Source: Macrostomum hystrix
Taxonomy: Eukaryota > Animalia > Platyhelminthes
Direction: 5' to 3'
Assembly: GCA_950097015.1 (NCBI GenBank)
Contig: CATNEN010000011.1
Coordinates: forward strand, 4,588,001-4,652,000
DNA: 64,000 bases
The number at the start of each line of letters is the position of its first letter. The first letter of the stretch is position 1. Positions 1-13,868 of the stretch are shown here, piece after piece. The notes beneath the pieces are model-generated. The model had not been told where the DNA came from. It searched no databases and worked only from the letters and a program-made list of their open reading frames with translations. Made by a program: the position numbers and the translations under genes.

Positions 1-684
1 TCTCAGTTCTCATGTTTCCCAACTCCACTATCAGTTCTCATGTTTCCCAACTCCACTATCAGTTCTCAAGTTTCTCAACTCTAATCTCAGTTCTCATGTT
101 TCTCAACTCCACTATCAGTTCTCATGCTTCTCAACTCTAATCTCAGTTCTCATGCTTCTCAACTCCACTATCAGTTCTCAAGTTTCTCAACTCTAATCTC
201 AGTTCTCATGCTTCTCAACTCCACTATCAGTTCTCATGCTTCTCAACTCCACTATCAGTTCTCAAGTTTCTCAACTCTAATCTCAGTTCTCATGCTTCTC
301 AACTCCACTATCAGTTCTCATGTTTCTCAACTCCACTATCAGTTCTCATGTTTCTCAACTCTAATCTCAGTTCTCATGCTTCTCAACTCCACTATCAGTT
401 CTCATGCTTCTCAACTCCACTATCAGTTCTCAAGTTTCTCAACTCCACTATCAGTTCTCATGCTTCTCAACTCCACTATCAGTTCTCATGTTTCTCAACT
501 CCACTATCAGTTCTCATGTTTCTCAACTCCACTATCAGTTCTCATGCTTCTCAACTCCACTATCAGTTCTCATGTTTCTCAACTCCACTATCAGTTCTCA
601 AGTTTCTCAACTCTAATCTCAGTTCTTATGCTTCTCAACTCCACTATCAGTTCTCAAGTTTCTCAACTCTAATCTCAGTTCTCA
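1..684. repeat. 28-bp minisatellite TCAGTTCTCATGTTTCTCAACTCCACTA
   Basis: Direct tandem units; begins before the window. Confidence 0.95.
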
Positions 685-1499
685 TAGTTTTTTATCCTTA
701 GATGTTTAGTTTTCTGATTTCCGACTGAGAGTTCGGTAAAAGCTGCAATTATTATTTCAAGCATTCAGAGGACAATTTAGTTAGCTAAGTGTTAGCCAGC
801 ATTCTCAGACAAGAAGGCCATATTTTATCTCGCTTTCACTAACTCAAACCAGCCTGCTGCATTCCAGTCTGTTGCTTCAAGTTTCCAAAAAAGTAGCATT
901 AAAAAAACTGCTGCTTCTGAAACACAATAAAGCAGACGAATTTAAAACAAAAAAATGAAAAGGATTTAGTGAAGAAGAATTATGACAATGGCACGATTTG
1001 CGGTCTCGCGCCTCAAATTCCGCTTCTATACGATGATAGCGGCACGCGCTTCTCTCTACTGTGAAGTTGATTTTAATCAAATCAATGGCTTTGAGTTATT
1101 TACACAGCCAAGCTAGGGAGCCAACCCTAGCCCCTAAAGCTGCTTTGCCGCCTGAAATCAATTATTAAACAACATTACCCTGGCCTACCAACCAAACCCT
1201 TGGCTAATTATACGGGATCTCAAAACCCTAGCTTTCACAATCCCATCATCTCACCTCCTCACATTGCCCCACCGCACCCCAAAGCCCTCATATCATTGCT
1301 GGGAGAAAAATATATTTCAGCCGCGACTTAATCATTGTGCCGCTAAACTGGTTCAGTGGCATCAGATCCAGATAGTTTAGCAAGCCAGACAGACAGTTAT
1401 CGCTATCGATGTCACATCATCGCTTTCCCTGGTACATTGCTAGACAATGGAGAGGGCACACGATTTGACCACATCTGGGATTTTACTCTATAGATACTT

Positions 1500-2326
1500 T
1501 GATCACTTGTCAACTAGATCTTCTAGATATTTCCTATATTGTACAAAAAGGATTTTCCTGAAATCTAGATTTTCTCTAGATTCTATTTGTTCCTAGATAC
1601 TAGATTTGCCTAGATTCTAGATTTTCCCTAGATTATACATTTTCATAGATTCTATAGAGATTTCCCTAGATTCTAGATTTCCCTAAATTCTAGATTTTTC
1701 TATATTCTAGATATACTTAGATTCTAGATATCCCTAGATTCTAGATTTCCCCTAGATTTTCCTAGATTCTATAGAGATTTCCCTAGATTCTAGATATCCC
1801 TAGATTCTAGATTTCCCCTAGATTCTAGATTTTCCTAGATTCTATAGAGATTTCCCTAGATTCTAGATTTCCCTAAATTCTAGATCTTTCTATATTCTAG
1901 ATATCCTTAGATTCTAGATATCCCTAGATTCTAGACTTCCCTAGATTCCAGGTTTCCCTAGATTTCAGATTTCCATAGATTCCAGATTTCCCTGGATTCC
2001 AGGTTTCCCTAGATTCCAAATTTCCCTAGATTCCAAATTTCCCTAGATTCTATAGAGATTTGCCTAGATTCTATAGAGATTTGCCTAGATTCTATAGAGA
2101 TTTGCCTAGATTCTATAGAGATTTGCCTAGATTCTATAGAGATTTGCCTAGATTCTATAGAGATTTGCCTAGATTCTATAGAGATTTGCCTAGATTCTAT
2201 AGAGATTTGCCTAGATTCTATAGAGATTTGCCTAGATTCTATAGAGATTTGCCTAGATTCTATAGAGATTTGCCTAGATTCTATAGAGATTTGCCTAGAT
2301 TCTATAGAGATTTGCCTAGATTCTAG
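1500..2326. repeat. CTAGA-rich degenerate array grading into a perfect 21-bp array CTAGATTCTATAGAGATTTGC (2041-2326)
   Basis: Visible tandem units. Confidence 0.93.
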
Positions 2327-2929
2327 CCAAAAAGTCATCAAGCTGCAGATGAAAAAATGTAGAAATTTGTTCTATTGTTTTACTGCTGGCACAAATTAAA
2401 ACAAATTGAAACCGGATGCCGCGTTTTTTAGTTTGTTTGAAACGGTGATACATTATCTATTATTTATTTTCAACTCGTTCTGCCATCGCGATCGTCGTGA
2501 AAAGGTTTTTTATGAAAATTAGGATTAATTTTCCACTTCCTCTTCATTGTAAATGCTAAATTTCTGCAACGACCGGGTCGTTTAGTTGATTGGTATTATT
2601 TTCTGGTCCTGAACGCGTGAAAGCTAGTGAAATCAGGTGTATTATTAATTAGACTAATACGGCAAATAATCTCACGAATGATAATTTCATTTATTGATTT
2701 TCCAGATGAATTATCTATATAAATTCGTTTGTCGCGACGAAACGATTGCAACAAAAAACACTGGCGTTGCCAAGGACGCAATTTTGTTTGTGCGGTTTTA
2801 AAGAGTGAGTCCAGAAGATTGACAGCTGTATCTAACCAACTATTATTCTCTTGTGATTCTGACTGAGCGACTTGGGAGCTTGACAGCTGATATCCGCTGA
2901 AAATATTTCAACTCGTCAAAGCAAGAGTG

Positions 2930-3565
2930 GATTATGTGATGAGGATTATGTGATGAGGATTATGTGATGAGGATTATGTGATGAGGATTATGTGATGAGG
3001 ATTATGTGATGAGGATTATGTGATGAGGATTATGTGATGAGGATTATGTGATGAGGATTATGTGATGAGGACTATGTGATGAGGATTATGTGATGAGGAT
3101 TATGTGATGAGGATTATGTGATGAGGATTATGTGATGAGGACTATGTGATGAGGATTATGTGATGAGGATTATGTGATGAGGATTATGTGATGAGGAATA
3201 TGTGATGAGGATTATGTGATGAGGATTATGTGATGAGGATTATGTGATGAGGATTATGTGATGAGGACTATGTGATGAGGATTATGTGATGAGGATTATG
3301 TGATGAGGATTATGTGATGAGGAATATGTGATGAGGATTATGTGATGAGGAATATGTGATGAGGATTATGTGATGAGGATTATGTGATGAGGATTATAAG
3401 ACGAGGATCTTGAGATAAGGACAATGAGATGAGGATCATGAGATGAGGATCATGAGATGAGGATCATGAGATGAGGATCATGAGATGAGGATCGTGAGAT
3501 GAGGATCATGAGATGAGGATCATGAGATGAGGATCACGAGATGAGGATCATGAGATGAGGATCGT
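2930..3565. repeat. 14-bp arrays GGATTATGTGATGA then GAGATGAGGATCAT
   Basis: Visible tandem units, with a unit switch at ~3400. Confidence 0.95.
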
Positions 3566-4477
3566 ATTAGATTTTTCTTAAATCTACCCGCATTTTATTT
3601 ACGTTTGAAACTTAGGCACCAGTTGAGTTATTTAAAGATGAAAATAAAAATCTAATTAGTGCACCATTTTAGAAGCATTTGGCTATTAAGCTATTAGCAG
3701 ATGGGGGTTGCTAAACCCGCAGTTCGTGCCAAATTTAATTTGAAAACTAAACTACTCTGAGTGACTCAAAAGCTGCTCACTCAACCAACGACAACACGCC
3801 CGCCTCCGCCTCATCGCGAGGTGAGCAGCTACATAAACTTGTGAGTCCAAGCCCACCCCAACACACTGCATTTTCGTGTCAATGCGATGCAACTCACACC
3901 ACACACTCAAACACAAACAGACTGGCACTGTGAGTTAGCCAGCCCTACTCAAAGACTAGATGTATGCTCAAATAGGACCATCAATAAAAGGCCATTTCTT
4001 TTCAAACACGAAGCCACTACAAGCGCTGGCACCCTTCAACTCCTAAAAATGTGCTTTTCTTTTTCTTTTATTATAAAATTTCTGCTTGTGTGTTTGTATG
4101 TGTGCGTCTAATCGTTTGTGAAATGTATAACATTGTCATTGTGCTGGCGTGTGTGTTTCAGTTGGGGGGGGGGCATTTTCTAGTGTGGAATTAAATAGAA
4201 GGACAGTCGGAGCACAATGAGTAATCCCCGCATGGAGACTGACCCTAGACACCCTGGCGCCTCTCTACCTGACTGCCACTAGCAATAGGAATGCCCGCAC
4301 AGCCAGAGCAGCTGTGGACTGTGAGCCCCTGCTCATGCAGTTTATTTTAGTTTAAGGCAAGTTTTTCCTAGCCTGCACACATGGCACTCGCAGAGCACTG
4401 GCAAACTGAAAGACTTCAGGCAAGAAGGCGCTAAACTCACGCAAAACAGCTGGCCAAATACAGATTAGAGATTAGAC

Positions 4478-5023
4478 ACAGGGGAGAGATGAGACTGGGG
4501 AGAGATGAGACAGGGGAGAGATGAGACAGGGGAGAGATGAGACAGGGGAGAGATGAGACAGGGGAGAGATGAGACAGGGGAGAGATGAGACAGGGGAGAG
4601 ATAAGACAGGGGAGAGATAAGACAGGGGAGAGATGAGACAGGGGAGAGATGAGACAGGGGAGAGATGAGACAGGGGAGAGATGAGACAGGGGAGAGATGA
4701 GACAGGGGAGAGATGAGACAGGGGAGAGATAAGACAGGGGAGAGATAAGACAGGGGAGAGATGAGACAGGGGAGAGATGAGACAGGGGAGAGATGAGACA
4801 GGGGAGAGATGAGACAGGGGAGAGATGAGACAGGGGAGAGATAAGACAGGGGAGAGATAAGACAGGGGAGAGATGAGACAGGGGAGAGATGAGACAGGGG
4901 AGAGATGAGACAGGGGAGAGATGAGACAGGGGAGAGATGAGACAGGGGAGAGATGAAACAGGGGAGAGGTGAGACAGGGGAGAGATGAGACAGGGGAGAG
5001 ATGAGACAGGGGAGAGATGAGAC
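4478..5023. repeat. 16-bp array GAGATGAGACAGGGGA
   Basis: Visible tandem units. Confidence 0.95.
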
Positions 5024-5619
5024 AGTAGTCAGTAGCTTTGTGGGAGATTTTTTTCCACGTACCGAAGTTGGGCGACGTCTGGTTAGGATGATAAGTTTTG
5101 CTCGACATATTTAAGAATAAGAAAATGTTGACCTGGTTAGCATAGAATTAATTAGAATTCGGTATTTGATCTGTCAAATACATCAAGCCTAGGCAGATCT
5201 TTCGAGCCCTAGAAACGAGGCATGAAAATTTCTGATTGAAAAATTGCTCTTTTGAAAATAATCTACCGCCCATCAGTTCGCAATTCGATGTGTCCAATTA
5301 AGCAGAAGAAGAAATAGAATTGCTCAACTCTGGAACAGATTTCACACCCATACGTGTCTCGGGAACGTCTGTTGTGATAGCAGGACAAGCCAGCTGTTGT
5401 GCTCTGCCCTAAACGATTCCACGTCAGACTGGAAATGACTGACAGATGTATGACGCACTGCTGTTTGACACATGCTTGGATAGTGAGCTTTGAACGCTTG
5501 TGAGTGGGCTGAGAACATTTGGGTTGAGCTGCGAAATCAACAATCTGCTTTGTTTGAAATGCTACACTTGCTTTTTAAACTATATTTCTTGTGCCAAAAT
5601 TTCTAATTAAAAATGTTGT

Positions 5620-6660
5620 CACCTAAACTACCAAGTCTCCGATGCTTCAAGTCAGCTAAACTACAAGTCACCTAAACTACTAGTCACCTAAACTACTAGT
5701 CACCTAAACTACAAGTCACCTAAACTACAAGTCACCTAAACTACTAGTCACCTAAACTACAAGTCACCTAAACTACAAGTTACCTAAACTACTATTCATC
5801 TAAACTACTAGTCACCTAAACTACAAGTCACCTAAACTACTAGTCACCTAAACTACTAGTCACCTAAACTACTAGTCACCTAAACTACTAGTCACCTAAA
5901 CTACTAGTCACCTAAACTACAAGTCACCTAAACTACTAGTCACCTAAACTACAAGTCACCTAAACTACAAGTCACCTAAACTACAAGTTACCTAAACTAC
6001 TATTCATCTAAACTACAAGTCACAAACTACAAGTCACCTAAACTACTATTCATCTAAACTACAAGTCACAAACTACTAGTCACCTAAACTACAAGTCACC
6101 TAAACTACTATTCATCTAAACTACTAGTCACCTAAACTACAAGTCACCTAAACTACTATTCATCTAAACTACAAGTTACCTAAACTACTATTCATCTAAA
6201 CTACAAGTCACAAACTACAAGTCACCTAAACTACTATTCATCTAAACTACAAGTCACAAACTACTAGTCACCTAAACTACAAGTCACCTAAACTACTATT
6301 CATCTAAACTACAAGTCACAAACTACTAGTCACCTAAACTACTAGTCACCTAAACTACTAGTCACCTAAACTACAAGTCACCTAAACTACTATTCATCTA
6401 AACTACAAGTCACAAACTACAAGTCACCTAAACTACTAGTCACCTAAACTACTAGTCACCCAAACTACTAGTCACCTAAACTACTAGTCACCTAAACTAC
6501 TAGTCACCTAAACTACTAGTCACCCAAACTTCTAGTCACCTAAACTACTAGTCACCTAAACTACTAGTCACCTAAACTACTAGTCACCTAAACTACTAGT
6601 CACTTAAACTACTAGTCACCTAAAATACAATTTATCTAAACTAAAAGTCACCTAAAACGC
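5620..6660. repeat. 16-bp array CTAAACTACTAGTCAC
   Basis: Visible tandem units. Confidence 0.95.
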
Positions 6661-7319
6661 AAATCACTGTAACTTCTATACCTCAATATAAAATCGCGAA
6701 AATATTTTCGCACATAGCGGATCCCTGATGTCTCAGAGCTTCAATATTCTATCAAAGTGTCGACCTGTTAAATAAACAAAAATCAAAACACTTGATTGCT
6801 CTTCAAAAACTGGATTGACTGACTGAATGTGAGTCATTGTGTTGGATTTAGTTGTTCAATTCGAATTCTAATGTAAACAAATCAAAATTCTTTAGACTGA
6901 ACTCTACTCAAACCATGATGTGTCAAAGGGCATCAAACTAAAATCATGGCCGTTATTTTTCAATTAACTTTTATCTTGATATAAAAGACTCTATGGAAAA
7001 TTGACTCCGGCAGTTTTCTAGAGTGTGAAAATTTGTTTTTCTCACCTCAAATCTAATCTCATTGATAAGTATTGAAGTGCTCGGTTTTGATTTTAGGAAA
7101 TCTGAAGAGCTAAGAAAAGAAAACAATACTCCGGTCTGCCATCTTTTCGATTATCTAATCAGAGAAGCAAAGTTAAAATCAAATTCATTCAGAAAAATAA
7201 TACTCATAAGATCTGCTTTTTTTTTAAAAAAAAGTTTTTTTTGCTCTTTATTTAGCTTTTACTTCCATCGGATAGCAATAACCGCTTCTCTGGAAATTGC
7301 TTCGAACTCTGAAATTATA

Positions 7320-8185
7320 AAATCTGCCACCTACAATCCGTCCCTACAATCCGTCCCTACAATCCGTCCCTACAATCCGTCCCTACAATCCGTCCCTACA
7401 ATCCGTCCCTACAATCCGTCCCAACAATCCGTCCCTACAATCCGTCCCAACAATCCGTCCCTACGATCCGTCCCTACAATCCGCTACCTACAACCCGCTA
7501 CCTAAAACCCGCTACCTACAACCCGCTACCTAAAATCTGCCACCTACAATCCGTCCCTACAATCCGTCCCTACAATCCGTCCCTACAATCCGTCCCTACA
7601 ATCCATCCCTACAATCCGTCCCTACAATCCGCTACCTACAACCCGCTACCTACAACCCGCTACCTACAACCCGCTACCTACAACCCGCTACCTACAACCC
7701 GCTACCTAAAACCCGCTACCTACAACCCGCTACCTAAAATCTGCCACCTACAATCCGTCCCTACAATCCGTCCCTACAATCCGTCCCTACAATCCGCTAC
7801 CTACAACCCGCTACCTAAAATCTGCCACCTACAATCCGTCCCTACAATCCGTCCCTACAATCCGTCCCTACAATCCGTCCCTACAATCCATCCCTACAAT
7901 CTGTCCCTACAATCCGCTACCTACAACCCGCTACCTACAACCCGCTACCTACAACCCGCTACCAACAATCCGCTACTTACAATCCGTCCCTACAATCCGC
8001 TACCTACAACCCGCTACTTACAATCCGTCCCTACAATCCGCTACCTACAACCCGCTACCTAAAATCTGCTATAATACCTACAACCCGCTACCTAAAATCT
8101 GCTATAATACCTACAACCCGCTACCTACAATCCGCTACGTACAATCCGCTACCTACAACCCGCCCCTACAATCCGCCCCTACAAT
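7320..8185. repeat. 13-bp array CCTACAATCCGTC / CCTACAACCCGCTA variants
   Basis: Visible tandem units. Confidence 0.93.
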
Positions 8186-11100
8186 TTTGAAACTGCCAAT
8201 CTGGCACTAATTTTCCTATCGGAATTGAAAAAAATTAACTAACGATAAACACAGAACCTGCCAGGTTACAAGGCTAGGCTTTGCTTGTACAACTGCTGGT
8301 TACAATTCCCAGCAATAATTGTTCAACGCTGCTATATTTTGGCTCAGAAAATACTACCTAGCCTTGGCACGCAACACACACTGATATATCTCGGATATAC
8401 ACCCCCTGGCTGCTGCAACCCTTGGCGGTGAACAATCTATTAGCCAAGTTTTGGGGAGGCTGTCCATGCTCCTCTTATATATAAAAAGTGCCAGTCTATA
8501 TTCAGACAAGGCCAGTAAATGCCAACTGATCAAATGTGTGGGTCCTGGTCAAGAGGATATTATAGAATTTTTGTTCGTCACACAAAATGAGAAATGAATG
8601 AGAAAATGATTTGCAAATTAGAATAGAGAAAAAACTATAAGGTTTAATAATGAGTATAGACTGCAGCTCAACCGTGCTCAAACTGTCTTTGAGCTGCGGG
8701 ACTCACGCCAGACGGACTGGCACCGGAGGGAATTATTTGGGGTTGTCTAGCTTATTAGCACAATGGCCTTGGCCACATTGGCCTGTCAGTGTGACCAAAG
8801 CCCTTAACTACATTTCAGTAGGCTAAGTCTCATACTCTGAGCACTGCGCCTTTGTCAGGTGAGGCTTGCAGCTGAGCTGGGGTAGAGCCTACCACTTATC
8901 TACAAGAGCTGGACTAACATTGTGTCTTCCTTCCTTCCCTCCGCCTCTGCCTTTCTCCCTCCTCAGTGTGTCTCTAATACCAGATCCCCAATATTTTGAG
9001 TATAATAAGACAGCTTTACACAGTAACGCTATAGTTTGAGTTGTCACGTTCAGCTTACGCGCATGAATTTGGGTGAAAGATTGTTGTGAATTGTGTATTC
9101 AAACGGCAAGTCCAAAGTTGTATAATAAAGTTGGAATTGAGTGCAGTGCGCTGTGGGTGTTGGTTCTGCATTTGCTCATGCAGCTCATACAATGGGATGG
9201 GGGTTGGTGTGAGCTGTGTGTGTGTGTCTTTTCCGCATTTTGACACCCGGACTTGCAATAAGGACTGTATTTGTGACACTAGCAGACCTGCAACCATTGT
9301 TGAGGGCAGCGGTAGTGCAAATTCTGAGTGTTTTTTGTGTGCTATGACTGGTAGGTATAATGTGCTCCAATACAGCCATTGCAGTCTGCAATAACTCATT
9401 CTCTGCTTCATGCTTGTGAGTGTGCATTTTTTCCAACAGTTTTTTGACTGACGCACCACCGAACTGACCGAACTGACCGAGGGTTTGCGCGCATTGAGCT
9501 GAGCAAGACGCTGAGAATAATTCTCTAACAACTTGTATTGTGCTGTCGAAACATCTTATCAAACATAGAAAAGCAGAGAGAGGCAGGAAAGCAGAAATTA
9601 TCAAATTAAAAGTAAAGAAAAAAAGAGCGCGTCATTTTGTGTCAAGTACACAGAGTTTTTCTTCTGCATCACATAGAAACTTATTTGTTGAGTTTGACAA
9701 GTCTCAGTTGGACACCACTCAAGAGCTGAGAAAATTGAATCTAGTATAACGACTCATGCGGTGATGACGCAAATTGAAATTTTTTCACTAAAATATTCAG
9801 TTCCCGTCTATTAACATGACTGCTTTGATAATGAAAAGAATATTTTGGATGCAGGCAATAACAATAGCCCTGCTTGCACAGCATGCATGGTTCACGCAAG
9901 TTTCTGTCCTGGCTCTCGGGGGTGAATTTTAGGGTGAGCTGACTGAGAAATGCCCTCAGACAGTATGGCGCCAGTGCTACTCACGGCCGAAAATTAATTA
10001 ATTTTTTCATGAACTCCAAACGATCGTTATACTACTTACAGACCGAAAGCTGCCTTAGTAGCCACCATTGCGTTATTTAGAATGCATCAATACAGAGGAA
10101 AACAGAGAATTGCAGTAGCAAATGTGATACAACAATTCGAACAGAAAGTCCCCAAGCTAAAGAAATACGTGTACATGGGAAGGTATGAGAAATTAAATTT
10201 TATCTGTCTAAAGTTTAAAGACTGCTAAAACAAAAAAATCGACAACTATCTAACTTGTCGTTTCTTCTTATCTTATTTCTGGATCTATTTACTTTGAAAC
10301 TTGAAAATTGAAACCTTAGAATGCAAAATAATAAAAACAGGGAAATAAAAGAAAAAAAATTACTCAAGACTGTACTAAAAGTGAGCAAGGATCAAGATCA
10401 ATTTCATGGATTTTCTAAAATGCAAGAATGGGTTGATTGAAACGTACACGTGATATTAAATTCATAATTTTATTCGTTACTACAAATCATTGTAGTCTTT
10501 AAGTTCTCGCGGTGATTTTGTGTTCTAAACACAAAATTCCTACGAATAAGTTACAACGAAGCTGACGCTCGCATGCTGCTTATTGAAATAAAGTTTTGTC
10601 TCGTTTCTTTCTTATAAAACAGTAAGTTTAAACTAGCACACGAAGATGTGCAGGTTAAAACAAAACAAATTCCATAAAAATCTAAAATGGAAGATAAGCA
10701 AATAAACAAGAAGCTAAAATACAAAAAGCTAAGATAATTTATAATTATCGTAAGTTTTTTATATGAGCTAATCACAAAACAAGTTGCTAGTGTATTGCCA
10801 AGGTTTTCGAAATGCGAAATTCCAAAACTTAATTTGTAGTCACGATTGTTGGAAACTGGATAATAGGAAATGTATTGTATAAGCAAAAACTCTTTTAAAA
10901 TGGGTATATTTTTTCTGTCTAGTTTCCTTATCTTAGGAAGGAAATATTTTGAAACTTAATACGAAAGTGTATTCTTGTTCCAGCTAATTTACTGCAATTC
11001 AAACGGAGGTGCTTGACATAGAATCAAGAGTTGAAAAAATACACTTGCTTAAAACCCATTTATTTTATCTTATATGTATATGTTACATATGAAATATCTG

Positions 11101-11771
11101 ATTTTTTGGCTCAAGTCTTAATAAAAAGACGAAAAATGTATTTGCAATTAGAACATATCGTCTATCTATTTATCTATCTATCTTTCTATCTATCTATAAA
11201 GAAAGTATATTCTTCGAAATTATAAAAATTTAAGTTATTTTATATCCTAAAACATTTTTCATTAGTAGCCTTCAAAGTAAACGTACTTAAACATTTACAC
11301 AAACAATCACTATGAGGGAAACATATTTAAATTTTTGCTGGAAATTTTTTGTTCTTAAGTAGTATCTGCTTATGTTATAATAATAATTAAAAATTACATA
11401 GTTCTTACTACACAAAGGAAATGAGTTTGTATAATAAAATTGCAGTATAATATCTATTATTGTATGATAGCTCATATTCAAGCTTTGTGCTTTGCTGTCA
11501 GGCTCTATTTCTCTTTAGACTGAGCTGTGTAGTTTTTTGATGATTATTTTTTAGTTTAAGTTTAAAGCACAAATTCCTTGAAGTGAGAATATTTTAACTA
11601 ATTGCTTAAAATTTTTCTTATTTTATTAAGGATGTTGTAAGTTTATGCTTGTATATTAATATGTACTTTAGTGATTCCGTTAAGAAATCAATTGACTCAC
11701 TTTATAATTTTTGCTAACGCCAAGCAGTCGAAAATTAGCATAACTATAAAGTTTAATTTATTCTATTCCAG

Positions 11772-13019
11772 TCTAAGGCAACTTCAATCAAAGAGGCTTT
11801 GGCCAAGTGGGAGGAGAAGAATGGGGCCAAGGCATCAGAAGCGCCAGCTGTAAAATTGTACGGCCAGATCCCACCAATAGAAAAGATGGATGCCTCATTG
11901 TCAACACTCACAGCTTGCGAGTAAGTCTAAAAATCTCATACTCGCAGTATTTCATAAGCTTTGGGCGCGAATAACATTTCAATTTAGAAAACTAGGGAAG
12001 GTCGGGAGTTCGAATCCAGAAATTCCGAAACTTACACAGTCCAGGGACCGAATTAGCAGTTTTAAATCAGTTATACTTATTTTTTTGAGATTTAATATGT
12101 TTTTTTTAATTTTACATTTTAGACACCTCAGTCTGTCCACCAATGTCATCGAAAAAATTGCCAATCTTAACGGACTAAGTGAGTGAAAAATTGAACTTTT
12201 TGGCAAATTATAACAAATCAACCATTCTAATCGATTGAAATCACGCCTCCTCACCGTAGAAAACCTAAAGATTCTGTCCCTCGGTCGAAACAACATCAAG
12301 AGCCTCACAGGATTGGACGCCGTTGGCGACACTCTCGAAGAACTATGGATCTCCTACAACAACATCGAGAAGCTGAAGGGCATCAATGTGTTGAAGAAGC
12401 TCAAGGTTAGATTAATAGAGAAATTTTCTCAGGTGGACTGCTGGCAGCTAGCTAGGAGGCAATTCTGCCCATTCCGCTAACTCCTGAGCACACACTCACA
12501 CTGGTGTGTACGTCTGCCCTGACTTTCTCATTGTCAGGCCTTCTCTCCGCGGCTGCAACCTGCCAAATGAATGACACGAGGCTGTGTACTATAGTTCAGT
12601 CCATGGACTGGGTTTTTTTTAACTGAATGAACCGAAAAAATCATTACTGGGTGTGAATCGAACTCCCGACCTTTCAATCAAATACCAAAATCCCTAATCT
12701 GCACTAGGCTAATTGGCACTGACAATTATTCCAGGTGTTGTACATGTCCAACAATGTGGTTAAAGATTGGGCCGAATTCGCCAAACTGTCCGAGTTACCC
12801 TGCCTCGAGGATCTGCTGTTTGTTGGTAAGCCAGTTGATTGTCTACCTATTTAGGTGAAACTGATTCACCCATAAACGGAAACCCGCCGCACGAAAGGAA
12901 ATCCGCTGGAAGAGAAGCACTCGGCCGAGGGCAACTGGAGAGATGAGGCCACCAAGCGGCTGGTGCGAATCAAAAAGCTGGACGGAGTGCCGGTGGTTCG
13001 CGACGAAGGCGACGAATAG
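11772..13019 (+). CDS. DNAL1: Dynein axonemal light chain 1 (LRR outer-arm dynein LC1); spliced, initiator ATG exon not located
   Basis: Exons 11772-11920, 12123-12178, 12260-12405, 12735-12825, 12898-13019 (TAG), all GT-AG and phase-compatible. They translate [110 protein letters not shown], closely matching DNAL1 as I recall it. Confidence 0.96.
12451..12715 (-). mobile_element. Degenerate/partial family A SINE plus tRNA-like head in DNAL1 intron
   Basis: gaggcaattctgccc..tcctgagcacaca..ctgactttctcattgtcagg ccttctctccgcggctgc; B-box-like gtgaatcgaactcccgacct at ~12652-12672. Confidence 0.7.
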
Positions 13020-13412
13020 ACAAACAGAAGACAAGCAGACTTTCCGAGCAGAAAATTTATGATGAAAACTTCTTCTTGTTCTACTAATTTCTGTAACACT
13101 TCTGCTTTTTTGTGTCTCCAGAATAACCGATTTGTATGACTAATTTGATTTCGTTTGTAACTTTTTGCTTTTTGTACTTTTATCTGTTTTTAAAGTTGTT
13201 AAAAACTTGGCGTATACTACCCATTGTGGATTCGACTAAGTAGTTGGTCCGGGATACTTTAATAAGATAAATTTCACATAGGAATAAACATGAAAAATCT
13301 ATTTATGAAGGATTGCTACAGTACTAACTTACATTTGTATTGTTGAGTTTAGATTTATTTACATATGCATATTTGGTTATCGCATAACTCATGTTTCCCT
13401 GACAATATAATT

Positions 13413-13800
13413 CCCATTGACCCACTAGGATTCCTATTGACCCACTAGGATTATTATTGACCCACTAGGATTCCCATTGACCCACTAGGATTCCCATTGA
13501 CCCACTAGGATTCCCATTGACCCACTAGGATTCCCATTGACCCACTAGGATTCCCATTGACCCACTAGGATTCCCATTGACCCACTAGAATCCCCATTGA
13601 CCCACTAGGATTCTTATTGACCCACTAGGATTCCCATTGACCCACTAGAATCCCCATTGACCCACTAGGATTCTTATTGACCCACTAGGATTCCTATCGA
13701 CCCACTAGGTTTCTTATTGACCCATTGACCCTCTAGGATTCTTATTGACCCACTAGGATTCCTATCGACCCACTAGGTTTCTTATTGACCCATTGACCCA
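13413..13800. repeat. 20-bp array CCCATTGACCCACTAGGATT between DNAL1 and CFAP61
   Basis: Visible tandem units. Confidence 0.95.
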
Positions 13801-13868
13801 TAGAATTGCAAACGACCCACTAGTCAAGGTCAACAGACCGAATTTCAGTCCTCAGAGAGTCGCAGAAA

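Noticed and set aside
124-5108. Repetitive ORFs at 124-701, 2009-2341 and 4437-5108 (likewise 27431-28243, 29812-30475, 33854-36099, 51699-53880)
   Set aside because: All are read-throughs of tandem arrays.
1-8700. Protein-coding exons between arrays in the first 9 kb
   Set aside because: The segments I translated gave no recognisable, splice-consistent reading frame.
12826-12897. Alternative DNAL1 acceptor at TTTAG 12854
   Set aside because: It gives a 29-nt intron and a frameshift; the purine-rich acceptor at 12897 restores GNPLEEKH.
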